DNA of 64,000 bases from an uncultured Acidobacteriaceae bacterium. Its GTDB lineage: Bacteria; Acidobacteriota; Terriglobia; Terriglobales; Acidobacteriaceae. The notes beneath the pieces were generated by a model. The model saw only the letters and a list, made by a program, of their open reading frames with translations, was not told the DNA's origin and searched no databases. The translations under genes and the position numbers were made by a program. This document shows, piece by piece, positions 53,012-63,483 of the stretch; the first letter of the stretch is position 1, and each line of letters starts with the position of its first letter. The stretch lies in contig OY969786.1 in assembly GCA_963703075.1 (NCBI GenBank), positions 4,183,198 through 4,247,197 of the forward strand. Reading direction: 5' to 3'.

Positions 53012-53965
53012 CTAGCCGTTGGGGGTAATCACTTTCGTCTTGTGGGTCGTCTTGATTTTGAAGGCGTCGTCAGGAAGCTTCTGATTCTTGGTGATGTCGG
53101 AATACTTCGCGAGCCGGTAGTCACCGTTGGGCTGGAAGAACTGCTGCTGGACCGAGACTCCTTTTGCCGGATCGATCCACAACACGATCTTGGTGAACAT
53201 GCTTTTGACTTTGGGGTCTTTGGGGGTCAGGATGAGCCGTGCCGCGTTGACGCCGTTCACGGTTTCACTTCCGTCGTACTTCACGTCGAAGTTCTTCGCC
53301 AGGTCGTGACCGCTCCCGCCGAACCCAAGCACCAGGAAACTCTCGAACTCGTCGCGGTTCTTGCCCGCGTTGTACTTGGTGATGGTGTCCATCTTCGGCT
53401 GGTAGATCTGTACCACCCCGTCGCTGAAGACCACGATTTTCGCGTCCGGCTTCTCGATGCGGGCGCCCATTTCGACGTTATTGTTGCCCATCCGCCGGAA
53501 ATAGATTTTGCCGTTTTGGGTGTCGGTTTCATCCACCAGCTTGGTGAACTGGTCCCATTCAAAGGTGGCTTGCACTTCTTTGAAGCTAGCCGCGGCCTTG
53601 TCCATGCTGTTCAGCACGGATTCAAGTTGCGAGCCAGTGTTCTGCGCCAGCTGAGGTGCGGCAGGCTTCGCGTTCAACGCGAGACTTACGCAGCCAGGTG
53701 CATTCGCCTCTCTCTTGCTTTTGTCCGAAGAGCCTTTGTCAGCTTTCTTCTCGTCGATTGATGCGTTGTCTTTAGAGATTTTCGACGCGTCTTTCGATTG
53801 AGACGGACTGTTGTCGCTGCAAGGCTTCGGGGCAGGCGCCGACTGTGCCGATGCGGCCGCCGGAGTGCTAGTCTGGGCTGTTGCAGAAGCCTTGGGCGAA
53901 TCCACTGCCACCGCGAAACCACCGAGACCGATTGCGACCGCCGTCACCGCAGTGCAAATCCTCAT
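53012..53965 (-). CDS. LolA-like / outer-membrane lipoprotein-sorting-fold secreted protein
   Basis: Signal peptide MRICTAVTAVAIGLGGFAVA. Low-complexity Ser/Ala/Lys linker. C-terminal pattern ATFEWDQFTKLVDETDTQNGKIYFRR...VVQIYQPKMDTITKY...ARLILTPKDPKVKSMFTKIVLWID, typical of LolA-fold proteins. Confidence 0.55.
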   Translation of the reverse strand: MRICTAVTAVAIGLGGFAVAVDSPKASATAQTSTPAAASAQSAPAPKPCSDNSPSQSKDASKISKDNASIDEKKADKGSSDKSKREANAPGCVSLALNAKPAAPQLAQNTGSQLESVLNSMDKAAASFKEVQATFEWDQFTKLVDETDTQNGKIYFRRMGNNNVEMGARIEKPDAKIVVFSDGVVQIYQPKMDTITKYNAGKNRDEFESFLVLGFGGSGHDLAKNFDVKYDGSETVNGVNAARLILTPKDPKVKSMFTKIVLWIDPAKGVSVQQQFFQPNGDYRLAKYSDITKNQKLPDDAFKIKTTHKTKVITPNG

Positions 53966-53993
53966 GTGTGCGCGCCTGTCTCCGCCTTGCAAT

Positions 53994-54356
53994 CTACCGA
54001 TGGGCCCAGATTCTGTAAACCTGCGAGCCTGCGTCCGCCTGCTTTTCGTAATGATCGATGACCATCCCGCCGGAAATCGGATCGATCACCCGCTTCATCT
54101 CCAGGCGAATCTCGCGATCATCGGTTGCATCAATGGCCGCTGCGTCGATCTGGTAAATGAGCCCGTAGTTGCCGTCCTGACGAACAAGGACAGCGGTAGG
54201 ATGCGCCGGTCGTCCCGGCGGTTTGTCAGCGAAATTGATCCACCGCGGCGCTAGGAAGATGAAGGCGAGAATCAACGTGACCATTACGTCGTAATGCAGG
54301 CTGCCGCGCGGATAGGTCCACCAGATATAGCCCTTGATTGTTTGGCCAACGCTCAT
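53994..54356 (-). CDS. Hypothetical single-TM membrane protein
   Basis: 120 aa. TM segment YDVMVTLILAFIFLAPRWI. 28 nt upstream of the LolA-like gene. Confidence 0.5.
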   Translation of the reverse strand: MSVGQTIKGYIWWTYPRGSLHYDVMVTLILAFIFLAPRWINFADKPPGRPAHPTAVLVRQDGNYGLIYQIDAAAIDATDDREIRLEMKRVIDPISGGMVIDHYEKQADAGSQVYRIWAHR

Positions 54357-54424
54357 GAACCCTCAGTCTAAAAGTGGCTTCCGCGGAATGCAATCGGCTT
54401 GTGGCCGCGAAAAGGCTGGTCCGA

Positions 54425-55717
54425 CTACAGCTTTCGTGCCGTAATCCGGTCTGCCCCAATATAAGGCCGCAAGGCTTCGGGAATCACCACACTCCCATCT
54501 GCCTGCTGGTAGTTCTCGACAATCGCCACCCAGGTGCGCCCAATGGCCAGTCCGCTGCCATTCAGCGTATGGACGTAATCGCTCTTACCCTTGCCCTCGG
54601 GCTTGTAACGGATGCTGGCGCGCCGCGCCTGGAATGACTCGAAATTGGAGCAGGAGGAGATCTCGCGATACAGGTTTTGCCCCGGCAGCCATACTTCGAT
54701 GTCGTAGGTCTTCGCCGCCGAGAACCCCATGTCGCCGGTGGAGAGCACGACCCTGCGATAGTGCAGGCCGAGGCGTTCGAGCACCTCTTCCGCGTTCCGC
54801 GTCAGTTTCTCGTGTTCCGCGTAGGACTCTTCCGGCTTGGTGAACTTCACCAGTTCCACCTTCTGGAACTGGTGCTGGCGGATGATGCCGCGGACGTCTT
54901 TCCCGTAGGATCCGGCCTCGCTGCGGAAGCAGGGGGTGTAGGCCGTCAGCGAAATCGGCAGCCGCGCGCCTTCAAGAGTTTCATCGCGGTAAAGGTTCGT
55001 GACCGGAACCTCTGCCGTTGGCACCAGATAAAGGTCGCGGTCCCCATGCGGCACCCTGAACAGGTCCGCCTCGAACTTCGGCAACTGCCCTGTGCCATAC
55101 ATGGAATCGGCGTTCACCAGGAACGGGGGCAGCACTTCGGTGTACCCGTGTTCCCTGGTGTGCAGATCGAGCATGAAGTTCATCAGCGCCCGCTCGAGCT
55201 TGGCACCCAAGTCCCAGTACACGGCGAAGCGCGCGCCGGATATCTTGGCCGCGCGCTCGAGATCGAGAATGCCGAGAGCTTCGCCGAGCTCCCAATGGGG
55301 CTTGGGGGCGAAGTCGAACGTCGGTTTCGTGCCCCACTGCCGCACCTCGACGTTGTCATCGGCCGTTCTTCCGACCGGCACGCTTTCGTGCGGAAGGTTG
55401 GGAATGTTGACCAGGATTTCGCGCATCGCGGATTCAGCCGCTTCTGCATGTTTCTCGAGGTCCGCTATTTTCTCGCGCGCCTGCTTGGTCTCTTCGATCA
55501 GCGCCGTGGCATCCTGCTTGTTCTTCTTGAGCTGGGCGATCTGTTCGGACGCTTTGTTGCGCTGCGCCTTGAGGGTCTCGGCTTCGGTAATCGCGGAACG
55601 GCGGCGGGCGTCGATTGCCGGGAAGTCCTTCAGCAACTCAGCCGGGTCCATCCCTCGCTGGCGCAGCTTTTCTTCCACGAGAGGCAGGTTTTCGCGTACG
55701 AATGCCAAGTCGAGCAT
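54425..55717 (-). CDS. serS: Seryl-tRNA synthetase
   Basis: [22 protein letters not shown]... coiled-coil arm. Class II motifs [19 protein letters not shown] and GSGLAIGRT; 430 aa from the ATG at 55717. Confidence 0.92.
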   Translation of the reverse strand: MLDLAFVRENLPLVEEKLRQRGMDPAELLKDFPAIDARRRSAITEAETLKAQRNKASEQIAQLKKNKQDATALIEETKQAREKIADLEKHAEAAESAMREILVNIPNLPHESVPVGRTADDNVEVRQWGTKPTFDFAPKPHWELGEALGILDLERAAKISGARFAVYWDLGAKLERALMNFMLDLHTREHGYTEVLPPFLVNADSMYGTGQLPKFEADLFRVPHGDRDLYLVPTAEVPVTNLYRDETLEGARLPISLTAYTPCFRSEAGSYGKDVRGIIRQHQFQKVELVKFTKPEESYAEHEKLTRNAEEVLERLGLHYRRVVLSTGDMGFSAAKTYDIEVWLPGQNLYREISSCSNFESFQARRASIRYKPEGKGKSDYVHTLNGSGLAIGRTWVAIVENYQQADGSVVIPEALRPYIGADRITARKL

Positions 55718-55845
55718 AAGGCTTGAGAGTATCAAAAAACGCGGATAGCCCGCAGTGACTCTGCATCCGGTGCGTAATCGCCTGGTTCGATCCAAAAGAA
55801 AGGTGCGCCGCAGAGATCACGGCGCACCCTTCAGCGGAGAACCGC

Positions 55846-56847
55846 CTACTGGACAGTAATGTTCATCTTGTCGACGTACACATTAAATGCGATGGGCTTG
55901 CCGTCCAGGTCTAATTGGAAGGCATTGGTAAACGATTCCCATGACTGCCCGGTGTATTTCGCAGGACGGGTAATGTTCACCACGGTACGTACGCCGTCGA
56001 TCGTCAACGCGTCGTGCACGGTGTTGGTGCCATCGGCGTGGTACTCGGCGACGATGTGGTGCCAGGTATCCGCCGTAAACGCCGCGAAGGGAACGCTGGT
56101 GGCAATCCACTCGCGGTTCACGTAATCGAAGGTGCGCCATGACTTGTTTGCATATCCGGCCTGCCAGGCGAAGTTGTACGTGTAGCCATTCACTGTGTGC
56201 TGGCACTCGAACTCGATGCCTTGCGGAGCGTTGGCGCTGGCAGCCGGGACGTAAATATAAAAGTCGTAGACCAGGCTCTTGATCGGCGTCTTGGGAGCGG
56301 TGTTCTTGAGATACCAATACGCATTCGCGTAAGGAGCTGAACCACCGATGGAGAACTGGGCGGAAGTCGCGGTGTTGTCGATCGCAGGGCTGGTGATGCC
56401 GCGCGTCATGCTATAGGTTGCAAGTGCTCCACTGCCTCCGCTATTACCGCAGCTCCCACAAGTCTGCCAGTTTGTGGATTCCTGGAGATTGGTGAACGTC
56501 GGAGTCGGTGGTGGCGGTGGTGGTGGCGGCGGTGGTGGCGTCGGGGCCTGGACGTTTACGTACTCCACTGTTTTTGTAACGTGATTCTGCTGGTCGGTCG
56601 CCTGCACGGCGATCCGATGAGAGCCTACCGAGAGCACAACCGAAGTGTTGAGAACGTCGCTGGAAACCTGATCGACTTTGGCTCCGTCGATGTAGAGCTG
56701 TAATATTCGCACCGCTCCGCTCGCTGAGGCGGATATCGCTACCGGGGAAGTCACCGTCGACGCCGACGGCTGAGTAATGGTGACAGTTGCTGCTGAACAG
56801 GCCGCGCTCAAAGTGGCGGCTACAAGAAGAGCTTTGGCAAAATGCAT
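55846..56847 (-). CDS. Secreted protein: Ig-like domain + poly-Pro linker + jelly-roll/lectin-like C-terminal domain
   Basis: Signal peptide MHFAKALLVAATLSAACSA. Ig-like VTITQPSASTVTSPVAISASA...LYIDGAKV. A 12-residue proline run within a PTP-flanked linker. C-terminal 200 aa of unknown family. Confidence 0.6.
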   Translation of the reverse strand: MHFAKALLVAATLSAACSAATVTITQPSASTVTSPVAISASASGAVRILQLYIDGAKVDQVSSDVLNTSVVLSVGSHRIAVQATDQQNHVTKTVEYVNVQAPTPPPPPPPPPPPTPTFTNLQESTNWQTCGSCGNSGGSGALATYSMTRGITSPAIDNTATSAQFSIGGSAPYANAYWYLKNTAPKTPIKSLVYDFYIYVPAASANAPQGIEFECQHTVNGYTYNFAWQAGYANKSWRTFDYVNREWIATSVPFAAFTADTWHHIVAEYHADGTNTVHDALTIDGVRTVVNITRPAKYTGQSWESFTNAFQLDLDGKPIAFNVYVDKMNITVQ

Positions 56848-57284
56848 GGGGACGTCTCCGCTTACAGATAAGTTGCAGACGTCTCAGCCATGCAATCCGG
56901 ACACACTCGCTTCACATTCGCGCTTTTTGAAAGTGGTATCCGTTCGTTCAACTGCAATATGAATGACCAAACGGATCGGACCTATTCACAGGAAGCCCTA
57001 AGCTGAAGCCTTAAGACCACTAGTGACGGGTACATGTCCCAACACCCACGCGCCGCATGTATGTTTGAGTGGCTTGAACGTTCCGTTTTGACACGATTGA
57101 GGGATGTAACGAGGCGAACGATAATATCAGGCGAGTGAAAGATGGTCACGGCGCCTCAACAACACTCCTATGAAGAATACTGTTGGCGGTTACGACGGTG
57201 ATCTTCCTTCTCCCCACAAAAAGTTGCATTATCCAAGCTCCGGACTCGGTATTTCCTCCCGCGTGCACGCGGGGCGCCAAGCCG

Positions 57285-57321
57285 AAGAACGCCTCGGGCC
57301 CAACGGCTGCGGGGCGTTCTT
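57285..57321 (-). terminator. Stem-loop downstream of the Tat-exported hydrolase-like gene
   Basis: AAGAACGCC ... GGCGTTCTT, a 9-bp stem about 85 nt after the stop at 57406. On the plus strand it is followed by GTTTTC, so the orientation is ambiguous. Confidence 0.35.
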
Positions 57322-57405
57322 GTTTTCATTCACTTCTCGTCCAGGCAGCGGGTAGTGTCGCGATAGAGCGTACTGGGTAGAACGATAGGAAACTGTCGGG
57401 CGTGT

Positions 57406-58974
57406 TCAGACCTGGTGTCGCAGGTTCGGACGAAGCGTCAGCGCACCGTCTTCCAGTCGCTGATGACAGGCCCAGCGGACCGGGTAGCGCATGCCTTTCA
57501 CCTCAATCGCGGCCCTGAGTTTCAAGCCTTGCCACTTTGTTCCCTTAGGCAACACGAATTGGGCCTGGCGGATTTTGCCGGGCAGGGGATAGCCGGCATC
57601 GAGGCACCCACTCTGGAGAACTTTGCCGTCCGCGCTCTCCACCGTCACTCGCAGGACGCCCGGGACGCCCGCAATACCATCGTTCGCGAATCCCACGATG
57701 ATTCCCACGTGCGAACTGTCCTCGTAACTCCAGATAAACGACGGACGCACGCGGTAGCCGATGCGTCGATTGATCCGGTCGAACCAGGTCGGTGATGCCT
57801 GGTAGTAGCTCATCAGCGTCTGCGGGTTGATTTGGTGAAAGTTCCAGAGCGACCAGTAGTTCGCGCCGATGTCGATTACGTGCGAGATCATGTTGTCAGC
57901 CGGTGAAATGCCTTCCTCTCCAGATCCTGGATCGGGCGGTTTGCCAGGGAGAGGCTGCTCAAGGACGGCTGCGGTCCACGGCGGACGATTGCTGAGCGCT
58001 TCTATCTGCTCGTTCTCAATGAAGATGGTGTCGCTGCCGATCCAGTTGTTGCTGCGCACCGAGCGGTCGAGGACTTCCGAATTACCCACCCGGCTGTAGT
58101 CGGGTTGCGTATTGGTCAGCAATGGAGTCTTCGTGAAGTGTTCGAGCTGAATTTCGAGCATTTGGTTCCAGGTGCGTTCCGCCGTCGCGTAATCGGGAAA
58201 CGGATTATTGCTGAAGGGCCAGGTGTGTCCTTCGCCCCAAAATCCGTACATGAAAGTGTCAATGAACTCAACGTTGGGATTGCCGTTGAATTCTGCCGCC
58301 ATCGCGCCGACCAGATCTTTGAAGGCCTGCTGAAAGAAAGGATCGTCATAGCGCGGTTGATAGCGGGCGTGGGGATTGCGCAGGTAGCGTTCGGCGGCGG
58401 CTTTGTCCTCGGGACCGACGAGATCGACCTTTTGAACCTTCTCGAGAACGAAATCGGGCAGCGCCGGGGCGTGGGTGTAATCGGGGGCGCTCATCTGTAC
58501 CCGTAGTCCGACGCGCTTGTTGTTCTTCTTCGCCAGATCGAAAACCAACTTTATGTAGTCGGGGAGTTGGAGATGCCCGGGACGAGGCTGTACCTCGCGC
58601 CACGTAGGACGAATGTAGAGTTGCTGCCCCAGCGGAAATCGAACCAACTCCTCGATGGCTCGAGGAATATTGTCGGACTTGATTTCGTCAACGCCCATGT
58701 CCGCGGTGATGTACGTGATCAAGCCTTTGCCATAGTTGGGCACGACTTCCTCGGAGGGCGTCGTGGTCATGACCACGTCATCGGTGGGAATAACGGCATC
58801 GGGCGCGTACTGGGGAAACGGACCCTGGTTGAGCCGATCTGCCACGGCAGGTCCGGGACCGAAGTTATATTTGTCCCAGTCGTGAGCGGGAACAACTGCA
58901 TGTCCTTGATCGGTGCCGAGCCTGGAGGCCAGGGCAAGGGCAACACTGCTCTTCAGGAAATCTCTGCGCTCCAT
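57406..58974 (-). CDS. Tat-exported glycoside-hydrolase-like TIM-barrel protein (DUF4832/GH42-like, tentative)
   Basis: Twin-arginine signal MERRDFLKSSVALALASRLG. YIRPTWREVQP, MYGFWGEGH and ANYWSLWNF resemble beta-galactosidase-like barrels. The family call is tentative. Confidence 0.5.
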   Translation of the reverse strand: MERRDFLKSSVALALASRLGTDQGHAVVPAHDWDKYNFGPGPAVADRLNQGPFPQYAPDAVIPTDDVVMTTTPSEEVVPNYGKGLITYITADMGVDEIKSDNIPRAIEELVRFPLGQQLYIRPTWREVQPRPGHLQLPDYIKLVFDLAKKNNKRVGLRVQMSAPDYTHAPALPDFVLEKVQKVDLVGPEDKAAAERYLRNPHARYQPRYDDPFFQQAFKDLVGAMAAEFNGNPNVEFIDTFMYGFWGEGHTWPFSNNPFPDYATAERTWNQMLEIQLEHFTKTPLLTNTQPDYSRVGNSEVLDRSVRSNNWIGSDTIFIENEQIEALSNRPPWTAAVLEQPLPGKPPDPGSGEEGISPADNMISHVIDIGANYWSLWNFHQINPQTLMSYYQASPTWFDRINRRIGYRVRPSFIWSYEDSSHVGIIVGFANDGIAGVPGVLRVTVESADGKVLQSGCLDAGYPLPGKIRQAQFVLPKGTKWQGLKLRAAIEVKGMRYPVRWACHQRLEDGALTLRPNLRHQV

Positions 58975-59116
58975 CGAGATTGCTTTCTCCGTCCGGTCCG
59001 ATTGAGGCTGTCTGATTCGCAAACATGGTAAATGTTCCGTGGCGATCACGGGTTCACGATCGACATGTCGATGGAGTTTGACATTCGCCCGCAGTGCTCG
59101 GACCGCGAGCGAAGTC

Positions 59117-60040
59117 TTATGCGGCTTTCGGGCTGTTCAAGGCTGGCTGTCTCTGCGAACTTTTTTGCTGTTCATCGGTGGCGCGTCCGATGACCGAGTT
59201 AACGATTCCCCCGAGCATGATCGACATCCCGGTGATGTACAGCCAGAGAAGCAGGATGATCACCGCGCCGACCGAACCATAGGTCTTGGAGTACGAGTCA
59301 AAATAATAAAGATAGATTTTGAAGCCTAAGGAGGAAACGAGCCACAAGATCAACCCAAAAGCCGATCCCGGTGTCACCCAATTCCACTCCGGTTTCTCCA
59401 GGTTCGGAGCGAAGTAATAGGTAACAGCAAAGGCCACGAACATGCACCCGAGCACGACAGGCCATCGCAGAACTTTCCACGCCACAACAAGCGAGCTGCC
59501 CAAGCCCGCCCGCGTCCCGATACTGCCTGCGGCGGCATTGCCGGACAGGGCGAGAGCCGAGGCCGCTAAAACCAGGGCCGCTAATGCGACGGTGAGGCCT
59601 AACGCCAGCGCTTTCTGCTTCCACCAGGGACGTGATTCTTTCACTTGGTAAGCGATGTTCAGGCTCTGGATGATGGCATTGATTCCGGCCGAAGCCGACC
59701 AGAGTGCCCCCAGGATGCCGAACGCCGCTTTCCCAGCCCCCTTCGAACGAGTGACTTCGTTCAGAGTTGCTTGGACTAAGTCAGAGGCTGAGCCGGGCAA
59801 GACCTGTCCTAAAGCCGTGAAGAGAGTTTCGCGAAGGTGAGTTCCTGCGGCGGCAAACATGCCGAGCAGTGATAACAGGAACAACATGGCGGGAAAGACC
59901 GCCAGAACGAAATAGTAAGCAAGGGCCGCCGAGCGGACGCTCAGTTCGTCTTCGCCGAAGTTCTTCCAGACCTGTTTACCGAGAGCAACGATTTTCAAGC
60001 CGCCGAATTTCCAAAGCGACGGTCTTGTGGAGGGGTTCAT
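59117..60040 (-). CDS. YihY/BrkB-family integral membrane protein
   Basis: SVRSAALAYYFVLAVFPAMLFLLSLLG and six hydrophobic segments. Confidence 0.75.
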   Translation of the reverse strand: MNPSTRPSLWKFGGLKIVALGKQVWKNFGEDELSVRSAALAYYFVLAVFPAMLFLLSLLGMFAAAGTHLRETLFTALGQVLPGSASDLVQATLNEVTRSKGAGKAAFGILGALWSASAGINAIIQSLNIAYQVKESRPWWKQKALALGLTVALAALVLAASALALSGNAAAGSIGTRAGLGSSLVVAWKVLRWPVVLGCMFVAFAVTYYFAPNLEKPEWNWVTPGSAFGLILWLVSSLGFKIYLYYFDSYSKTYGSVGAVIILLLWLYITGMSIMLGGIVNSVIGRATDEQQKSSQRQPALNSPKAA

Positions 60041-60131
60041 GCGGGATTAGAGGGGAAATTGGAAGGATAGAGAGCTGCACAATGTGAAAGAAAATCACAT
60101 CCATCATTGTTCACTTACAAGTGCGGAACGC

Positions 60132-60157
60132 AAAAAAAGCCGGAGGAATTCTCCGGC
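60132..60157 (-). terminator. Rho-independent terminator
   Basis: On the minus strand: GCCGGAG-AATTC-CTCCGGC followed by TTTTTTT, 29 nt after the stop at 60186. Confidence 0.8.
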
Positions 60158-60185
60158 GCGAATCCTTCTTCGAATAATTCAATAT

Positions 60186-60638
60186 TTACTTTGCCGGACA
60201 GGTTCCTGCGCCCCTGCCGATCTTGCTAACGTCGATAGAGTTGGATCCGCCGGCCTGGTTTACGGCTCCCATGACCTGCACTGATTCGCCGATATGGGGC
60301 GCGAGTCGCGAACCATCAGCGTTCGGCGGAAGAGTCAGCTTATAAGTCTTGCCGGAACTGTCCGTGATCGTATAGTTCGGATTGCTGCCGCCGAGACAAC
60401 CCTCGGTGACGGGCGCATTCACAGCCTGCCCCGGAGCAACGGATTGCGCACCGGGTTGGGGAGCATTTTGCTGGGCGCCCCCGGGCGTCGCGGGTTGGGT
60501 TTGGCCCGAACTCGGTACTTGCGAACTCGAGGAGGTGGCCTGCGCGTCGCTTTGCGCGGGCGTACTGTTGGGCTGCTGTGCTCCCGCCCATACCAGCGCA
60601 GACAGCATGAAGGCACCTAGGAAAACCTGTTTTTTCAT
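60186..60638 (-). CDS. Secreted low-complexity (Gln/Ser/Pro/Ala-rich) hypothetical protein
   Basis: Signal peptide MKKQVFLGAFMLSALVWAGAQ. Disordered middle. Two Cys flank a small C-terminal domain. Confidence 0.55.
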   Translation of the reverse strand: MKKQVFLGAFMLSALVWAGAQQPNSTPAQSDAQATSSSSQVPSSGQTQPATPGGAQQNAPQPGAQSVAPGQAVNAPVTEGCLGGSNPNYTITDSSGKTYKLTLPPNADGSRLAPHIGESVQVMGAVNQAGGSNSIDVSKIGRGAGTCPAK

Positions 60639-61009
60639 TGAAAAGCCTCCCAAGAAATCTTTGCGCCGCTTAGACACACAAACAGCACCTCAGGCTTCGA
60701 GGGCGTGCGCATCGTTCCTTAGAGCCCAGAACCATCTCTCGCGTTTGCTGTAAGACCCGGCAATTCGCGGCACTTACGCCACCAACTCAGCCGTCCCGCG
60801 AATTCCAGTCAATCGCCGTGACAGATTCGCGATAGCGAACAGTGGCCTTATCACTCCCTATTTTCCCGCATCCGGGATAATCCCCCGTTCCATTGGGCGT
60901 CGGAGACGCTCACTGGCTTCTCCGTGAGTGCACCGCAAACCGCACGCGGCGTTCATGTTGTTTCGCGCCTCAGAAGCGAAAGCGTTCGAGGGACAGGATC
61001 GCGGAATCG

Positions 61010-61456
61010 TTAATTCTGACGACAGGGCCACCACGAGTCGAAGCGGCCGTTCTGATCTTCGAGAGTGGGTTTCCTTGGTTGTGCGGGTTCTCCTAATACT
61101 TTCCGGATGACGGCCAAGAGTTCCGCATCGTCAACAGGCTTTTGAAGAAATGCCTTTGCTCCCGCGCCAAAAGCGCGCCTTTGATTGACGAGGCCGTCGC
61201 GGGCCGAGACCACGACAATGGGAATAATCGCGACGGAGGGGATCGCTTCAAGCCTTTCCATCACCAGAAAACCGCCGCCTGCAGGCAGCCCGAGGTCCAG
61301 GAGAATTAAGTCCGGCTGAACTTTTCTTGCCTCCGCAACGCCGGTCAAGGCGTCCGCGGCGAGAAACACTTGGTATTGGTTCGCTTTGAGTCGCACATGC
61401 ATGCCTCGAAGCACATCCAGATCATCGTCCACAATTAGAATCTTCTTGTTATCCAT
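61010..61456 (-). CDS. Single-domain response regulator
   Basis: MDNKKILIVDDDLDV...DLILLDLGLPAGGG...IPIVVVSA...FLQKP. 8-nt overlap with the upstream hybrid kinase gene. Confidence 0.88.
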   Translation of the reverse strand: MDNKKILIVDDDLDVLRGMHVRLKANQYQVFLAADALTGVAEARKVQPDLILLDLGLPAGGGFLVMERLEAIPSVAIIPIVVVSARDGLVNQRRAFGAGAKAFLQKPVDDAELLAVIRKVLGEPAQPRKPTLEDQNGRFDSWWPCRQN

Positions 61457-63014
61457 GTACTGCCATCCTTGACGAGATTTCTTCGTTGATAAACTCTTGA
61501 ATTTCACAGGCTAATGTCTGCTCGCAAGCCCCTATCGATTCGCTTAAATTGCTTCTCTTGGAGTTGAACGAGCGGCAAGAGGTAGAGAGAGTTAAGCTGG
61601 ATCGCTGAACATGCTTATATAACCCTTCTCGTATCCTCTTACTAATTGCTTCACCGCCCGCTCCGTCGGTAACAGCCACGATGAAGAAGAGTTCGACCGG
61701 CCCTGCAGCGCCCATCTTGGGTAAGAGAATGTCCAGAGGAGAATGCAAGCAGCTTTGAAGCACATCACGCAGCGTGTGAGATTGCTCCGCGCGCACTCCA
61801 TCTGAAAGCCACCCCGTTTGTGAACCCAGCTCCGTCACAATGATTGAAATGCGATCAGGCGGGCGTCCGTTTTTTACAAGGGTCGAGCCGATCAGGACAG
61901 GTAAAGAAAAAATCGGTAATGTGAAGGAAAACACGGACCCCTGTCCTAGTACGCTCTTGGCGCAGATCTTTCCCGCCTGTCGCGTAACCAGTTCCTTGCA
62001 GATATACAATCCCAGACCCAATCCTTTACGTCCTTCTAAAGCCGAAGTTTGAAAGAGCCGTTCAAAGATACGCTCGATCATGTGTGGGCTAATTCCGCAC
62101 CCTGAATCCGATACCTCCAGGACTATGAAGCTCGGATCTTCCTCAGACTTTCTGGCGCGAACATTCACCGTGCCGTTGGCCGGGGTGAACTTGATGGCAT
62201 TGTCCATCAGAATAATGAGGATCTGTTGAATACGCGCGGGATCAGCGCAAACGGCTGGAAGCTGGTGGTCGATGTTTGAAGAGAGAGCTATCCCTTTGGC
62301 CGCTGCTGCTGCCTGAAGGGTGCCGATGGCGTATACGATTGCCTCAGAAACTGAAGTAGACTGCGGCTCGATCTGCATTTTGCCCGCCTGCACGCCCGAG
62401 ACCTCAAACAAGTCGTTGATCATTGATTGAAGCTGCTTCACATTCCGGAGAACAATCTCCATGTATTCGCGTTGCTCGGGCTTCATTTCGCCGGCGATGC
62501 CGTCGAGGAGGATTGTCACAAACTGACGAATGGCACTCAGTGGGGACCGAAGCTCGTGCGAAACGTGCGAAAGGAACTCATCCTTGAACTGCATCTGCTG
62601 GGTGCGGATGAGCTCGGTTTCCGTTTGCATGCGGTGGCGCTCGATCGCATGGCGAAGCGCCCGCGGGAGAGCGCGATTCTCAATCTGACCCTTGATCAGA
62701 TAGTCTTGTGCTCCTTCTTTCATCGCCTGGGCCGCAAGTGCCTCGTCGTCCAACCCCGTCAACACGATCATCGGCACGCCGGGAGCAGCCGCATGTGCCC
62801 GACGCACGGTATCGAGTCCATGCTCATCCGGCAATCCCATGTCCAACAGCACAATGTCCACTTTGCGCTGCGCAAGATGATTTTCGGCTTGTCCTAGACG
62901 CAGGAAGTGAGTCAATTCGAAATTATCGGGCCCCTCATTTCTGAACATTTCCCGAATCAGCCTGGCGTCTCCTGCGTTATCTTCGACGAGCAGGACCTGA
63001 AGTGGCTTTTTCAT
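61449..63014 (-). CDS. Hybrid sensor: N-terminal receiver + HisKA/HATPase_c histidine kinase + uncharacterised C-terminal domain of about 150 aa
   Basis: VLLVEDNAGDARL...DIVLLDMGLPDEHG...MIVLTG..YLIKG. H-box FLSHVSHELRSPL. N/G boxes MDNAIKFT, DSGCGI and GLGLGLYICK. The C-terminal tail has a weak beta-alpha (receiver-like) pattern. Confidence 0.85.
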   Translation of the reverse strand: MKKPLQVLLVEDNAGDARLIREMFRNEGPDNFELTHFLRLGQAENHLAQRKVDIVLLDMGLPDEHGLDTVRRAHAAAPGVPMIVLTGLDDEALAAQAMKEGAQDYLIKGQIENRALPRALRHAIERHRMQTETELIRTQQMQFKDEFLSHVSHELRSPLSAIRQFVTILLDGIAGEMKPEQREYMEIVLRNVKQLQSMINDLFEVSGVQAGKMQIEPQSTSVSEAIVYAIGTLQAAAAAKGIALSSNIDHQLPAVCADPARIQQILIILMDNAIKFTPANGTVNVRARKSEEDPSFIVLEVSDSGCGISPHMIERIFERLFQTSALEGRKGLGLGLYICKELVTRQAGKICAKSVLGQGSVFSFTLPIFSLPVLIGSTLVKNGRPPDRISIIVTELGSQTGWLSDGVRAEQSHTLRDVLQSCLHSPLDILLPKMGAAGPVELFFIVAVTDGAGGEAISKRIREGLYKHVQRSSLTLSTSCRSFNSKRSNLSESIGACEQTLACEIQEFINEEISSRMAVHG

Positions 63015-63481
63015 GAGCGCGACACCGAGAGCGATTCGCGCGGCAACTTAACGATGGAGAGCCAGAAACTATCGATACTCTTAACAACCTCGAGAAATCC
63101 ATCGAGGTTCACAGGCTTCGTGATGTAGCAGTTCGCATGAAGTCGATAGCTACGCAGAATATCCGCCTCGGATGCAGAGGTAGTCAGGATAACGACAGGA
63201 ATGCTTTTCAGCGTCACGCTTTCCTTGATTTCCTCCAGGACTTCCCTACCGTCTTTCTTGGGGAGATTCAGGTCGAGCAGGATAAGATCGGGGCGAGGAG
63301 CATTCGTGTAGCTGCCCTGTCGAGAAAGAAACGCCATCGCTTCCGCTCCGTCCGATGCCACGTGCAAGTTGATATGCACTTTGGCGTCTTCAAAGGCTTC
63401 ACGTGTGAGCCGGACATCGCCCGGACTGTCCTCAACCAAAAGGACTTCGATCGCAGTTGCATTCGTTCCGATGGTTTCCAT
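63011..63481 (-). CDS. Single-domain response regulator (Rcp1/phytochrome-associated type)
   Basis: IEVLLVEDSPGDVRLTREAF...VASDGAEAMAFL...RPDLILLDLNLPKKDG...IPVVILTTS...ANCYITKP. ATGA overlap with the downstream hybrid kinase. Confidence 0.88.
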   Translation of the reverse strand: METIGTNATAIEVLLVEDSPGDVRLTREAFEDAKVHINLHVASDGAEAMAFLSRQGSYTNAPRPDLILLDLNLPKKDGREVLEEIKESVTLKSIPVVILTTSASEADILRSYRLHANCYITKPVNLDGFLEVVKSIDSFWLSIVKLPRESLSVSRS

Positions 63482-63483
63482 TT

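Noticed and set aside
54677-55748. 349-aa and 218-aa plus-strand ORFs
   Set aside because: They are antisense to serS, which has class II synthetase motifs.
56507-56539. GGT/GGC trinucleotide run, considered as a microsatellite or contingency locus
   Set aside because: It encodes the in-frame poly-Pro linker of the secreted Ig-like protein. The imperfect GGT/GGC mix makes slippage-based phase variation unlikely, and any slippage would stay in frame.
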